In this document: piece after piece, positions 1 to 10,317 of the stretch
Layout of the letters: every line of letters starts with the position of its first letter
How positions within the stretch are numbered: position 1 is the first letter of the stretch
From: Candidatus Gastranaerophilales bacterium
GTDB taxonomy: Bacteria; Cyanobacteriota; Vampirovibrionia; Gastranaerophilales; UBA9971
NCBI GenBank assembly: GCA_028281965.1
Contig: JANQIY010000092.1
Location: 1 to 54,361 of the forward strand
Length of the DNA: 54,361 nucleotides
Direction of reading: 5' to 3'
Translations under genes and position numbers: made by a program
The notes under the pieces: generated by a model
Database searches by the model: none
The model's input: the letters and a program-made list of their open reading frames with translations, nothing else
Told to the model about the DNA's origin: nothing

Positions 1-30
1 TAAAATGACCGGCAAAGCCGGACCATTTTA
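1..30 (-). terminator. possible terminator hairpin 3' of GT-C gene
   Basis: Near-palindrome taaaatgaccggc-aaa-gccggaccatttta lies ~70 nt downstream of the minus-strand stop at 101. The GC core is only ~5 bp and the U-tract is weak. Confidence 0.25.
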
Positions 31-60
31 CGCTCCCGCTTCGCAAACAAATATTGCTCA

Positions 61-104
61 GTCATATCCTGGCTTTTGGCTAATTAGAGATTGGGGTTAA
101 TTAA
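61..104. repeat. dispersed repeat, core unit (gtcatatcctggcttttggctaatt)
   Basis: The 25-nt core recurs at 3711, 10110 (rc), 13029 and 41630. This copy overlaps the stop codon of CDS 101..1828. Confidence 0.8.
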
Positions 105-1828
105 GTGCTCTGCCTTTCTTTAATAGGTTTTTGAAAGACATAAACCTTCCATATAGTCTGAATGTCCTGGATTTCAACCAGCTCCAGGTTCTCATCGGCA
201 ATTTCAATAGTGTCGTTTACTATTTTAGAAACAAGCATTCTAAACATTGCCGTATTGTGGTATAGTCCGGGATCCTCTAAAATAGAGTTCAGGTCTTGTT
301 TTTCATACATGGCATAATCTGTTTTTCTAACAATTACAAAATACCTGCCGTCTTTTAAATCTAAAACTGCTGTTGATATTAATTCCAGAAGCTTTTCATC
401 GGGATTTTCTTTTCCCAGGAAGAGTTTTAAAGAGCTATGAGCGTTATTTTTATTAGTGTGGTTAATAATATCCTTGCCGGAAAACAGTTTCTGAAGGGAC
501 TTCCCGGTTTTATCAAGAAGAATGGCCTCCATATAATCCAGCTCAAGTATTTCAGGGAAAGCCAGGTATTTTCTTGCAAACCCGCTGTGGCAGGGTACCA
601 GGACAAAATCCCCGCTTTTTAAGTCATACCGGCTTAAAAAGCTCGTAACCGGCTTAATCCCGGCCCTTTCCCACTTTGATACACTGTTTTCAGAAGTAAA
701 GTTGTATAAATAAAAGCTCAAAACCATTGCGGTTGAAAAAAGTATAATCTTTTTATTACTAATTTTATATAAACCGGCGCAGCATAAAAATAAAACAGGA
801 GGAAAAACCAGCAAAGTATGCCTTGTAACCAAACAAAAATCCCCTCTCAAAGCCGCTAAAATCCCGAAAAACAAAAACACAACACAAGGGGTGATAATTA
901 ACCAGAATTTATGCTTGTAAAACTTTAAGCTTTTTAAAAACCCAAATATAAAAAGTCCTATTACCGGTAAAATAATTCCAAAAACAAAAATAGAACCCGT
1001 TGTCCCGTTAAAAAAAACTTTTTTGTAAAAAGTAAAATCATGCCGGTAAATCCCGCTTAACATTGGTGTAAACCAGTCCTGTAAAGTAATTAAGATACTA
1101 TACCAGCCGAGTTTTGAATAAAAAAACGGCTCAATGAAAGCTGAATTGTAATAATAAGAAAAATTATTTATAACTGAGACCAAATAAGGCAAATATAAGA
1201 ATATTACGGCAAAAACCATTAAAATAAAGTTCTTAAGCGGCTTTTTCCCGATAAATTTCAAATATATAAACAAAATTAGCGCCTGCGAAAAAACGAAAAC
1301 AAAGCCTATTGTATATGTATAAAGAATCAAAACGTTTATAACCGCTAACAGGGAAAAATTTAAAGATCCGGGGTTTCTCACCGCTCTTAAGACAAAAAGC
1401 ACGGAAAGAGCTCCTAAAAGAGCTAAAAGCGAATAAGGCCTGACTTCCTGGGAATAGTAAATTAAAAGAGGGTTTAAACTAACCATTAACGAGGCAAATA
1501 GCCCCAATCCCCGGGAATGAACCTCTTTTCCCAGAAAAAATACGGCGGGGATTAAAAAAACGCCTAAAATTAAAGAAGAAAGCCTTAAAGACATATCGCT
1601 TTCCCCGAATAAAAACATCCAGAGCGCTAAATAAAGATAATGAAATACTCCCTGGAACGAATTTTTTGCAACAGCCTCAATAACTCCAAAAGGAAAAGGC
1701 TCTTTTGCAAGGGAATAACTCAGTATTTCATCGTACCAGAGGCCGTTTTCCTTATCTATTCCGTAAAATCTAAGAAAAATACCTAAAAATACAATTAAAA
1801 CAAGAAAAATATAACTATTTTTTTTCAT
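101..1828 (-). CDS. GT-C family (ArnT/PMT-like, GT39/GT83-type) membrane glycosyltransferase
   Basis: 575-aa ORF with many hydrophobic segments. It has the early loop motif WYDEILSY typical of GT-C enzymes and a soluble C-terminal domain. It is a paralogue of 4968..6812 and overlaps the upstream gene by 14 nt. Confidence 0.75.
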   Translation of the reverse strand: MKKNSYIFLVLIVFLGIFLRFYGIDKENGLWYDEILSYSLAKEPFPFGVIEAVAKNSFQGVFHYLYLALWMFLFGESDMSLRLSSLILGVFLIPAVFFLGKEVHSRGLGLFASLMVSLNPLLIYYSQEVRPYSLLALLGALSVLFVLRAVRNPGSLNFSLLAVINVLILYTYTIGFVFVFSQALILFIYLKFIGKKPLKNFILMVFAVIFLYLPYLVSVINNFSYYYNSAFIEPFFYSKLGWYSILITLQDWFTPMLSGIYRHDFTFYKKVFFNGTTGSIFVFGIILPVIGLFIFGFLKSLKFYKHKFWLIITPCVVFLFFGILAALRGDFCLVTRHTLLVFPPVLFLCCAGLYKISNKKIILFSTAMVLSFYLYNFTSENSVSKWERAGIKPVTSFLSRYDLKSGDFVLVPCHSGFARKYLAFPEILELDYMEAILLDKTGKSLQKLFSGKDIINHTNKNNAHSSLKLFLGKENPDEKLLELISTAVLDLKDGRYFVIVRKTDYAMYEKQDLNSILEDPGLYHNTAMFRMLVSKIVNDTIEIADENLELVEIQDIQTIWKVYVFQKPIKERQST

Positions 1829-3395
1829 GATAAATTTTCTCAGAGTTTACGCCCCAGATATTTTCCTTACTTTTGCGGCCATTCAGGATATTTTCAACCG
1901 CAGCCATAGCAGTAAGCATTGAGTGATCCATGTTATTATACCTGTGCATCCCGTTCCTGCCTACCGGGTAAAGGTTTTCAAACCCGTCCAGAAAAGACTT
2001 AACCTCTTCAAACCGCTCATAAGTCCCGAAGTAAGCGGGATATGCCTTTTTAACCCTTATCAATAACGAATCCAGGACATCGCTCCTATCGATAAAATTA
2101 ATCCGCACCAGCTCGTCAACAGCAAACTTCTTAAACTCCTCATCATTTTTGCCCCAGAGCTCATCCCCCTCGTTGCAAAAATATTCCAAACCCAACCATA
2201 TTTTACTCAGGTCATTTACCATATAAGGACTCCAGTTATTAAATACCTGGATGCGTCCCATCTTAACGCTTGTTTCCTGGACATAAATCCAATTATCAGG
2301 AATTATGTTATTAACGGTTTTTATGGAAGTAGTATTTTGAAGGTTTATCTTATTAAGCAAAAGCCCAACCGTAATAAAATCCCTGTATAAAAGCCCCTCA
2401 GAGACATCTTTTACATTATCAGGGACTTCACGGTTTAAACACCTTATTAAATCCCTGACCGGCATTGAGGAAAAGTAAAAATCAGCAGATGAGGAAAAAC
2501 GGGTATTTGAATCCTTATTTTCCGCAATAACTTCTAAAATACGGTTATGTTGGGCTTTTATCCCAACTACTTCATGTTTTAAATAGATTTTACCGCCCTT
2601 TTCAAGAATTTTCCCGGCAACTTCTTCCCATAGCTGCCCGGGCCCGTATTTAGGATACATAAATTGTTCTATAAGACTTGTCTCCGTAGAAGATTGATCT
2701 AAAAAAGCCTTTGCATTAAGAGCTTTTTTAACAAAATGCATTACCGCCTTAGAAACGGAAAGCCCTTTTATTCTCTGCTCTCCCCACTCCGCGTTTATGC
2801 TCCGGCAGGAAACTCCCCATACCTTCTCTGTATAATCCTTAAAAAACGTCTCATAAAGCTCTTTTCCAAACCTGCTTATAAAAAATTCCTCGAGATTTTC
2901 CTGTTTTTTAACCGGCATTAATTTTGTTTTCAGATAACTGAAACCCATTTTAAATGCTTTATCAATACCTAAATTAGAGAGCGTATTTAAGTTTAAAGAT
3001 ACAGGATAATCAAAAAAGCTCCCCATAAAAAAGATCCTGGAAATTCTACCGCGAAAAAGCATTACTTTATCGGATTTTTCCGGGTCGGCTTCTTCCGGTT
3101 GAATATCGCCATTAATAACAAAGGGCCTGTTTAAAATAATATCGTCCTTTGCAGGATGCGTTTGCACAGGCAGGATCTTTTTCCACCAGTCAACCACTTT
3201 TTTTGATTTGGAAAAAAACCTGTGCCCGCCAATATCTATTTTATTCCCGTTATAATCAACCGTTCTGGAAATTCCCCCGATAGAACCGCCTGCCTCATAA
3301 ATTACCGGAATAATATCGGTTTTTTCCAGCAGCTCATAAGCGGCGGTAAGCCCGGCCGGCCCAGCTCCTATTATTATCGCCTGTTTTTTCGTCAA
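1815..3395 (-). CDS. FAD/NAD(P)-binding oxidoreductase (amine-oxidase / UDP-galactopyranose-mutase-like fold)
   Basis: 526 aa. N-terminal Rossmann motif [12 protein letters not shown] followed by YEAGGSIGG. It is translationally coupled to the GT-C gene downstream. Confidence 0.7.
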   Translation of the reverse strand: MTKKQAIIIGAGPAGLTAAYELLEKTDIIPVIYEAGGSIGGISRTVDYNGNKIDIGGHRFFSKSKKVVDWWKKILPVQTHPAKDDIILNRPFVINGDIQPEEADPEKSDKVMLFRGRISRIFFMGSFFDYPVSLNLNTLSNLGIDKAFKMGFSYLKTKLMPVKKQENLEEFFISRFGKELYETFFKDYTEKVWGVSCRSINAEWGEQRIKGLSVSKAVMHFVKKALNAKAFLDQSSTETSLIEQFMYPKYGPGQLWEEVAGKILEKGGKIYLKHEVVGIKAQHNRILEVIAENKDSNTRFSSSADFYFSSMPVRDLIRCLNREVPDNVKDVSEGLLYRDFITVGLLLNKINLQNTTSIKTVNNIIPDNWIYVQETSVKMGRIQVFNNWSPYMVNDLSKIWLGLEYFCNEGDELWGKNDEEFKKFAVDELVRINFIDRSDVLDSLLIRVKKAYPAYFGTYERFEEVKSFLDGFENLYPVGRNGMHRYNNMDHSMLTAMAAVENILNGRKSKENIWGVNSEKIYHEKK

Positions 3396-3432
3396 TATTC
3401 TTTTCTCTTATAACCAGGTTTTTACTTATTTT

Positions 3433-3616
3433 AACTCAAGTTGCTGCTTATAAATTTTTTCAAAATGCCCGCCCGCCTCACCCTTAGAGGAGTGAAAAGG
3501 CTCCGCCTGCTAAAATGCGGACAGCTCCGCCTGCTTCGCCTTTTCTAATCTATATACATTTTGAAAAAATTTTGTAATGTAAAATAGAGAAATTTTTATA
3601 GACGGCAACTTGAGTT
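3433..3616. repeat. dispersed nested-palindrome element (long form)
   Basis: Terminal inverted repeats aactcaagttgc (3433) and gcaacttgagtt (3605). The internal ttttcaaaatg...cattttgaaaa palindrome and the aatgcggacag..ccgcctgcttcgcc block are shared with the copies at 10108, 41439 and 44400. Confidence 0.8.
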
Positions 3617-3690
3617 TATTTTACTATTTTTTTTCACCTATTTTCAAAGTAGTTACAAATTTTATTTTTGTTTATTTAAATCGTATTTTA
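3612..3690. repeat. left copy of 79-bp perfect inverted repeat
   Basis: The reverse complement of 3612..3690 is identical to 8721..8799, which is the last 29 nt of the MerR-family CDS plus 50 nt downstream. Confidence 0.9.
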
Positions 3691-3748
3691 CTCGAGTTGC
3701 TAATTGCATAGTCATATCCTGGCTTTTGGCTAATTTGCGACTCGAGTT
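3690..3748. repeat. dispersed repeat, core unit with flanking inverted arms
   Basis: Sequence actcgagttgctaattgcata-gtcatatcctggcttttggc-taatttgcgactcgagtt. The arms are near-complementary. Confidence 0.8.
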
Positions 3749-3750
3749 AT

Positions 3751-4971
3751 TTAGCGACTCTCAAGCAGGCTGTTGATTAAATTTTTATACTTTTGCGAAA
3801 TTATGCTCCATTCAAAATTGTTTACTATAAATTTTCTTCCATTTTTCCCCATTTGTTTTGTTTTATCAGGGTTTTTAAGAAGGAGTATGATTTTTTTTGC
3901 CAGCTGTTTAGAATTTTTTTGCTCAACAGCAAACCCATTTATATTATTTTGTACTATATCAGCGATTGCAGGTAAATCAGTCGTAATTACCGGGGTTTGA
4001 CAACTTAAGGCTTCGGCAAAAACAAGCCCGAACCCTTCGCTATCCCCCGAGGATACCGTAATAGAAGGACCTATAAATATATCAGCCGCAGCAAAGTACC
4101 CAGGCAAATTTTTGTGAAGTACCGCGCCCGTAAAAATTATGTTTTTATTAAGGTTTAAGTCCTTTGTAAGCTCTAATAATTTTGTTTTTTCAGGCCCATC
4201 CCCTATTATTAATAATTTTATGTCGGGAAATTCCTTCAAAACCTCGGGAAATGCTTTAATTAAATAATAAAGACCTTTTTTTTCAACAAGCCTGCCGGTG
4301 AAAAGTAAAAAACCGGCCGTAATTTTATATTTTTCCTTGACCGTATGGTTATATTTTGCCGAATCAAACCTGGCAGTATCTATTCCCATTGGTATAACCC
4401 GTATATTATCTTTTTCATAAAGGTTTACTACTTCCTGTTTTAGCGCATTGCTTACACAGGTTATACTATCAGAATTTTTTATAATAAAGCGTTTTAATAA
4501 AGAAGAAAAAGGACTTTTAAATCCGTATATATCAGCTCCATGAGCCGTGCAAAGTAATTTTATTTTTTTATTGAAAAAAATCTTGTAAATTACTGCAACA
4601 AGACCCTGTGGAAGTATCCAGTGAGAATGAATTATATTCATATTATACTTTTTGACCAATTTTATAATGTTTAACAGCTGAAAAAAAAGGAAAAAGGGTA
4701 CTTGAAAGTAATTTAGAGGGCTTTGCCTCAATTTTGGCCCGATTCCCCCTTCATATGCAAGAGAACCAGGGTTAAAAGGGAGATATTTATATCTGTAAAT
4801 AGTGAGATTATCTTTTTTTTCAAAGGTTTTTGCGGTTTTATCAAATGGGGCAAGTATAATGACTTCAAAGGCATCTGAAATATTTTTTGCATAATCATAA
4901 ACAAAGGAAGGAGTTGTATCCCCCTCATATCTTGGAAAAGTAGATGTTATAACTAAAATGCGTTCTTTCAT
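3751..4971 (-). CDS. glycosyltransferase family 4 (GT-B)
   Basis: 406 aa. C-terminal GT4 signature GRLVEKKG ... EGFGLVFAEALSCQTPVI (E-x7-E). It overlaps the upstream GT-C gene by 4 nt. Confidence 0.8.
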   Translation of the reverse strand: MKERILVITSTFPRYEGDTTPSFVYDYAKNISDAFEVIILAPFDKTAKTFEKKDNLTIYRYKYLPFNPGSLAYEGGIGPKLRQSPLNYFQVPFFLFFQLLNIIKLVKKYNMNIIHSHWILPQGLVAVIYKIFFNKKIKLLCTAHGADIYGFKSPFSSLLKRFIIKNSDSITCVSNALKQEVVNLYEKDNIRVIPMGIDTARFDSAKYNHTVKEKYKITAGFLLFTGRLVEKKGLYYLIKAFPEVLKEFPDIKLLIIGDGPEKTKLLELTKDLNLNKNIIFTGAVLHKNLPGYFAAADIFIGPSITVSSGDSEGFGLVFAEALSCQTPVITTDLPAIADIVQNNINGFAVEQKNSKQLAKKIILLLKNPDKTKQMGKNGRKFIVNNFEWSIISQKYKNLINSLLESR

Positions 4972-6812
4972 GATGTCTTTTTCTTAAAAATATAAATATC
5001 CCATACTTTTGTGCTTTCTTTTTCTTTAAGCTCGAGTTCCTGCTTTGCATACTCAATGAGGTCAAAGTTTATTCTTGAATGTATCATATACATTAATATT
5101 TTATCTCTATATGCTTCTTCATTATTATTAGCTATTTCCTTTATTTCTGAGATATCAGGATAAATGACCATAGCTTTAGAAGTAATAATTACGAAAAAAT
5201 TATCATCAGAAATATTTGATAATAATTCCTCTTTTAATCCGGAACCGTTAAAAACATTATCCCGGCAGCCAATAATATCTTTGTAGTAATCGTACATATA
5301 ACTTTCATAATCATTAGTTTTTTTATAGTCTTTATAAAGTTTTGTTTCTTTTAACCTGTTACTTATATATTCACGCCCGGCAATAACCTTTTGCGGCATT
5401 TTGGCATTCATAGTCGAATAATAACCTATTTCAGTTATGTATTTAAGTGGAAATTCGTTTTTTAAGAAGAAGGGAATAAAATGTAAGTTCCAATTATGTA
5501 AGCAGAAAAAAGAACCGGAAAAACTTGGTTTGAAATATTTATGAAAATGACTTTTTTTACCGCCGATCAGAATAAAGTAATCCTTATCAGTAAAATTATA
5601 ACGGTTAAGTATGTCTGCCGCAGGCTTTATCCCAAGACCCCTACTTTGCTTGGAAGCGCTTACGGGAGTAAAAATTAAGAAAAACAGGCATATAGAAACA
5701 ACTAACCCAATTAAAAAATTCGATATAAATTTATTTTTAATCCGTGATAAACCATATGCGGATAAAAGAAGAAATACCGGTGTTACCTCAATTAAATACC
5801 TGCTTACATATACAACCCTGCCTTCAGCGGCCTTTACCGCGAAAATAGCCATGAACCCAACACAGGTAAGCAATAATAATAAATTAACAGGTCTTTTAAT
5901 TACAGCGGTTATAATTCCATAAATCCCTATTATTAAAGGTATAAAGACAAAAACCAGGAAAATTGCCGTAAATACCTGACTTTGCAGGACAAAATCGAGA
6001 TAATTACCGGGCGGGCTTTGATTGGCTATAAGAAAAGGAGAAAAAGAATCTCCAAGAACAAATAATATTTGGTCTAAAGTAAACTTAGACCACCATTGAG
6101 CAGTAATACCGCTGGTTTTAACATTAATAAGCCGGAACATTTTAAATAAAAGAGGAATATACAGGATAAAAACCAAAATACCTGAGTAAATCAAGGGCTT
6201 AAAGGATTTTTTTTGCTTAAATAAAAAATATAACCCAAAAAACAGGAACTCAAAGAAAACAAACACAAAGGAAATGGAATGAGTATATAAAAGCCCGGCA
6301 TTAGCCAGGGCAAGCCCCGTAATATTTAATTTTGAAGGGTTATTGGTTACTTTTAGCAAGAATAAGGTTATAAGGGAAGAAAAAAGAGCAATAAGGGAAT
6401 AGAAACGCAATTCCTGGGAATAGTAAATTAAAAGGGAATTGATTGCGATAAAAAAAGCAGCTAATAGTGCGGTTTTATTGCATTTAAGCTCCTTTCCGCA
6501 AAGGTATGCCGCCAGTATGGCTAATACCCCGAAAATAAGGGGTAGAATCCTTAGAGTTAAGTCGGCTTCCCCGAAAAGCTTTATCCAGAAATGAAGTATA
6601 AAGTAAAATAACGGGGTATGTATATGCCTTATAAAAAATATCTGAAAAAAATCAGTAAAAGACATTTTTGCTTCAAGCCAGGTCTGCATTTCATCAAACC
6701 ATAGACCCCCGGGTTTATCTAAATGCCAGGTTCTCAGGCAAAACCCAAAAAGAATTATTAAAATTAAAAGAATTATATTTTTATTTTCCTTAATTTTTGA
6801 GAATAAAAACAT
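4968..6812 (-). CDS. GT-C family (ArnT/PMT-like) membrane glycosyltransferase
   Basis: 614 aa, multi-TM, with loop motif WFDEMQTW and a soluble C-terminal domain. It is a paralogue of 101..1828. Confidence 0.75.
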   Translation of the reverse strand: MFLFSKIKENKNIILLILIILFGFCLRTWHLDKPGGLWFDEMQTWLEAKMSFTDFFQIFFIRHIHTPLFYFILHFWIKLFGEADLTLRILPLIFGVLAILAAYLCGKELKCNKTALLAAFFIAINSLLIYYSQELRFYSLIALFSSLITLFLLKVTNNPSKLNITGLALANAGLLYTHSISFVFVFFEFLFFGLYFLFKQKKSFKPLIYSGILVFILYIPLLFKMFRLINVKTSGITAQWWSKFTLDQILFVLGDSFSPFLIANQSPPGNYLDFVLQSQVFTAIFLVFVFIPLIIGIYGIITAVIKRPVNLLLLLTCVGFMAIFAVKAAEGRVVYVSRYLIEVTPVFLLLSAYGLSRIKNKFISNFLIGLVVSICLFFLIFTPVSASKQSRGLGIKPAADILNRYNFTDKDYFILIGGKKSHFHKYFKPSFSGSFFCLHNWNLHFIPFFLKNEFPLKYITEIGYYSTMNAKMPQKVIAGREYISNRLKETKLYKDYKKTNDYESYMYDYYKDIIGCRDNVFNGSGLKEELLSNISDDNFFVIITSKAMVIYPDISEIKEIANNNEEAYRDKILMYMIHSRINFDLIEYAKQELELKEKESTKVWDIYIFKKKTS

Positions 6813-6921
6813 TTCTAACCCTTTTTTATAAATTTTAAGGAATTTCGAATCAGTCTTACCAATGGATTTCCTATTTCGTGACGGGAGTTATTTAACCGTA
6901 TCCAAAAGTTAAAAAATTTAA

Positions 6922-7893
6922 TCATTTTGATTCCTTTTTGTAATTGCTTTGTTGTTTTTTGTATTCCATTTTTCTTAATTTGTATTGTATATCCTCAAGC
7001 ATTTTTCTATTTACGGCAAGTAAGTCGGCTAAAAAAGCGACAAGTATGGTTTGAAAGCCCATACCAAGGAGAATGGCCGATAAAATAAGGGATTGAACGT
7101 GCCCATCCCCGCTTTCGGTAAGAAAGAAGTACAAAAACCTTAATCCAATGATGAATCCAAGGAAAAATATTCCAAAACCCACAAGAATAAAGTATTTAAA
7201 AGGGTTATAAACAACAAAAAATCTTAATATAGTTAAGATAGAAGTTCTAATATATCCTGAAAGGCTTGATATTAGCCTTGATTTTCTTAAATCTCCATTA
7301 ACCCGCACCGGAACGGAAATTATGGACATATTTTTTTCTCCGGCCTGGATTATGGTTTCCAGGGTATAGGTGTATTTGCTGAAAACGTTAAGACGCATTG
7401 CCGCATCCCTGCTAAATGCCCTGAACCCGGACGGGGCATCAATTACGCTGGTGTTACTTACCATTCTTACCACAGAGCTGCCTATTTTTTGCAGGAACTT
7501 TTTTAAAAGCGAAAAATGCCTGATCTGCCGGATAGGCCTTGCGCCTATAGCAATATCTGCCTGGCCTTCAAGGATTGGGCGGGTAAGTTTTGGAATATCT
7601 TCGGCGTTATATTGATTGTCAGCGTCAGTATTGACAATTACGTCTGCACCGTAAGCTATGCAGGCATTAATTCCCGCCATGAAAGCACTGGCAAGGCCTT
7701 TGTTTTTGTTAAAGCATATTATATGGTCTACGCCATATTTTTCGGCAATTTCTACCGAGTTATCGGTGCAGCCGTCGTTAATTATTAGCCATTCCACTTT
7801 AGTAAAACCTTCAACTTCCCTTGGAAGCCGGGATAAAGTCTCAGGAAGGCTTTCTTCTTCGTTATAGCAAGGAATTTGTATTATTAATTTCAA
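6922..7893 (-). CDS. GT2 polyprenyl-phosphate sugar synthase-like glycosyltransferase (GtrB/ArnC/DPM1-type)
   Basis: 323 aa. GT-A motifs IPCYNEE, INDGCTDNS and TDADNQY, plus two C-terminal TM helices. Confidence 0.8.
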   Translation of the reverse strand: MKLIIQIPCYNEEESLPETLSRLPREVEGFTKVEWLIINDGCTDNSVEIAEKYGVDHIICFNKNKGLASAFMAGINACIAYGADVIVNTDADNQYNAEDIPKLTRPILEGQADIAIGARPIRQIRHFSLLKKFLQKIGSSVVRMVSNTSVIDAPSGFRAFSRDAAMRLNVFSKYTYTLETIIQAGEKNMSIISVPVRVNGDLRKSRLISSLSGYIRTSILTILRFFVVYNPFKYFILVGFGIFFLGFIIGLRFLYFFLTESGDGHVQSLILSAILLGMGFQTILVAFLADLLAVNRKMLEDIQYKLRKMEYKKQQSNYKKESK

Positions 7894-8029
7894 GACTTTT
7901 ACCCAAATAAATATAAATAAATTGTACTTTTGTTTTATTTTAAGGGCAAGAAAACAACCAGGGAATAAAGAAAAAATCCTTACGTGTCAAAACGGGTTTG
8001 ACCCAACCTGCCCAACTTTTTGTCGTTTG

Positions 8030-8308
8030 CTACTCTTTGTCTATAAATAAATTTTCAAATGGTAATGCTTTTTCAAACTCTGCAAATATTTGGGACAAAG
8101 GTATTTCAATAGCTTCTGACAAACGATATAACGTTGTTAACTGGGTATCATTTAAGCCCCGCTCAATTTTTGACCAGTTTCCTGTTGACAATTCCACTTC
8201 ATGAGCAGTTTTGTTTAAGGATTTACCCGTGCTTTCTCTAAGCTTTTTTAAAACTTCACCAAATGTTTTACAAATTATTTCCCGTTCTTTCTTGAATTTT
8301 TCTTGCAT
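8030..8308 (-). CDS. XRE-family HTH transcriptional regulator
   Basis: 92 aa. HTH region GKSLNKTAHEVELSTGNWSKIERG. It is divergent from the MerR-like gene. Confidence 0.7.
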   Translation of the reverse strand: MQEKFKKEREIICKTFGEVLKKLRESTGKSLNKTAHEVELSTGNWSKIERGLNDTQLTTLYRLSEAIEIPLSQIFAEFEKALPFENLFIDKE

Positions 8309-8326
8309 AAGTAAATTCTAGTGTTA

Positions 8327-8357
8327 AATTAGAAACAGTTACTTCTAATTAGAAACA
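8327..8357. promoter_or_regulatory. direct-repeat candidate operator (AATTAGAAACA x2)
   Basis: Identical 11-mers at 8327..8337 and 8347..8357 (20-bp period) lie in the divergent XRE/MerR intergenic region. Confidence 0.4.
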
Positions 8358-8419
8358 ACTTGTTTAAAAAAATTATTGCTATTTTGAAGTCTAATGAAAT
8401 CAGAAAGGTAGGGAGTTTT

Positions 8420-8749
8420 ATGGATAGCCCCTTAATAAGTCCGGATAAGCCGGTATTCCCGATAAGTGCTGTTGCCCTGCATTTAAAAATTAACCAGCAT
8501 ACATTGAGAATTTACGAACAAAAGAAAATTTTATGTCCTCAAAGGTCTGCTAAAAACAGAAGGCTATATTCTTTTAATGACATAAAAAAAGGAGAAGTTA
8601 TCCGGTACCTGACAAAAAATCAGGGAGTTAACCCGGCAGGGGTAAGGATTACCCTGAAATTACTTGAAAAATTAAAAGTTTCTACTGATAACTATGAACA
8701 AACAATCGAAGAAATAGATTTAAAATACGATTTAAATAAACAAAAATAA
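8420..8749 (+). CDS. MerR-family transcriptional regulator
   Basis: HTH ISAVALHLKINQHTLRIYEQKKIL..R....RRLYS. The ATG at 8420 has GGTAGGGAG upstream, whereas the track start 8360 is TTG with no RBS. The last 29 nt lie inside the 79-bp inverted repeat. Confidence 0.7.
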   Translation: MDSPLISPDKPVFPISAVALHLKINQHTLRIYEQKKILCPQRSAKNRRLYSFNDIKKGEVIRYLTKNQGVNPAGVRITLKLLEKLKVSTDNYEQTIEEIDLKYDLNKQK

Positions 8750-8799
8750 AATTTGTAACTACTTTGAAAATAGGTGAAAAAAAATAGTAAAATAAACTC
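8721..8799. repeat. right copy of 79-bp perfect inverted repeat
   Basis: Identical to the reverse complement of 3612..3690. Confidence 0.9.
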
Positions 8800-8885
8800 G
8801 TTATAATTGATTTTAACCTGATTCGTGATTCGGGTTAAATAATTTGTAAAAGCGAAAAATCAAACACAAAGGAGAAAAGACCGGG

Positions 8886-10115
8886 ATGAATATCCTTGTT
8901 TTAACAGGTTCTGCCAAAAAAGGCGGCACAGAAAGAATTTTTTCAAATTTAATAAACGGTCTAAATCAAGCCCGGGAAAATTATAATATCACCCTGCTTG
9001 TACTGCAGGGAGAAATAGAGTTTGATTATGAATTAAACTGCAAGACCATATGTTTAAAATCGAGTCCCCCGAAGAGCATTTTAAGCTTCTTTTTTTATTT
9101 TTTTAATATGGCCGGGCAGGTACGGCAAATCAAAAAAAAAGAAAATATTAATATCACGATAAGTTTCTTTAACGTGGCTAATATTATAAATATTCTCTCT
9201 ATGAAAGGCGATAAGGTAATTTTAGTTATACAGAATTTTTTATCTGAAAAAGTAAAGGACTTTGGTTTTTTAAAAGGGAATATTTTCAAGTATTTTATAA
9301 AGTATTTTTATAATCTTTCTGATGGTATTGTAGTACCTTCTAAAGGAATGGTATCAGATTTAACAAAAAACTTTGGTATAAAAAAAAATAAAATAAAAGT
9401 TATTTATAATTTTATTAATAAAGATAAAATCCTGCGTTGCGCAAAAGAAGACCTGGGAAAGTTTAGCAGTGTATTTAATTCTCCTGTTCTTATTAATGTT
9501 GGTCGACTGGAAAGACAAAAAAATCAAAAAAGCCTGATTAAAATTTTCAAACTTGTAAAAAACTCAATTCCGGAGGCTAAATTAATAATCCTGGGAGAAG
9601 GAAAACTGGAATCAAGCCTTGTCAAATTATCGGAAGAGTTAAAACTGAGAATATATAAAGACCGGGAGGATGATGGCAACAGCCGTATCATGGAAAACTT
9701 TGATGTATATTTCCTGGGATTTCAGGATAATCCCTTTAAATTTATTGCCGGGTCAGATCTTTTTCTTCTTACTTCCGTATTTGAGTCCTTTGGCTTTGTC
9801 CTGGTTGAATCAATGATATGCAGCACTCCCGTTATTTCTACGGATTGCGGCTCCGGGCCCAGGGAGATAATTGCGCCTGAAACAAGTTTTTTATATAAAA
9901 CTAAAATGCCTGAATATGCTAAATACGGGATTTTGATGCCTGTTTTAAATACTACTTCTTATGAGCAGGTATGGGCCCGGGAAATTATTAAATTACTAAA
10001 AAATAGGGAAACTCTAAACAAATACTCTTCTTTTGGCTTGAAAAGAGCAGGGCAATTCAATTCTGACAAAATAATACCTGCCTGGATAAGTTATTTAGAT
10101 CAGGTCGCCAATTAG
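8886..10115 (+). CDS. glycosyltransferase family 4 (GT-B)
   Basis: 409 aa. Motifs GRLERQKNQ ... FESFGFVLVESMICSTPVIS (E-x7-E). AAAGGAGAA RBS upstream. The stop codon lies in the dispersed repeat. Confidence 0.8.
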   Translation: MNILVLTGSAKKGGTERIFSNLINGLNQARENYNITLLVLQGEIEFDYELNCKTICLKSSPPKSILSFFFYFFNMAGQVRQIKKKENINITISFFNVANIINILSMKGDKVILVIQNFLSEKVKDFGFLKGNIFKYFIKYFYNLSDGIVVPSKGMVSDLTKNFGIKKNKIKVIYNFINKDKILRCAKEDLGKFSSVFNSPVLINVGRLERQKNQKSLIKIFKLVKNSIPEAKLIILGEGKLESSLVKLSEELKLRIYKDREDDGNSRIMENFDVYFLGFQDNPFKFIAGSDLFLLTSVFESFGFVLVESMICSTPVISTDCGSGPREIIAPETSFLYKTKMPEYAKYGILMPVLNTTSYEQVWAREIIKLLKNRETLNKYSSFGLKRAGQFNSDKIIPAWISYLDQVAN

Positions 10116-10312
10116 CCAAAAGCCAGGATATGACCATGCAATTAGTGCTCAGTTAAGTTAATTTTGCAGGACTAATTTTGTTTATGAGGGTTTTTCAAAA
10201 TGCCCACCCTCCTCTCCCTCAGAGGTGGAAAAGGCTTCGCCTGCCAAAATGCGGACAGCACCGCCTGCTTCGCCTTTTCAAATCCGTATACATTTGGCAA
10301 ATTAACTTAACA
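10108..10312. repeat. dispersed nested-palindrome element (inverted orientation)
   Basis: Contains the rc core aattagccaaaagccaggatatgac and the block ttttcaaaatgccc..agaggtgg..aaaatgcggacagcaccgcctgcttcgcc. It sits between convergent genes. Confidence 0.8.
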
Positions 10313-10317
10313 ATGCA

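Noticed and set aside
5611-5922. Antisense or out-of-frame nested ORFs inside long CDSs. Examples are 5611..5922, 7370..7867, 11464..11814, 17316..19808, 34624..34938, 46935..47354, 51640..52012, 53411..53722 and 53790..54175.
   Set aside because: Each is embedded in a CDS with clear family motifs on the other strand or frame. None has an RBS or a recognisable motif.
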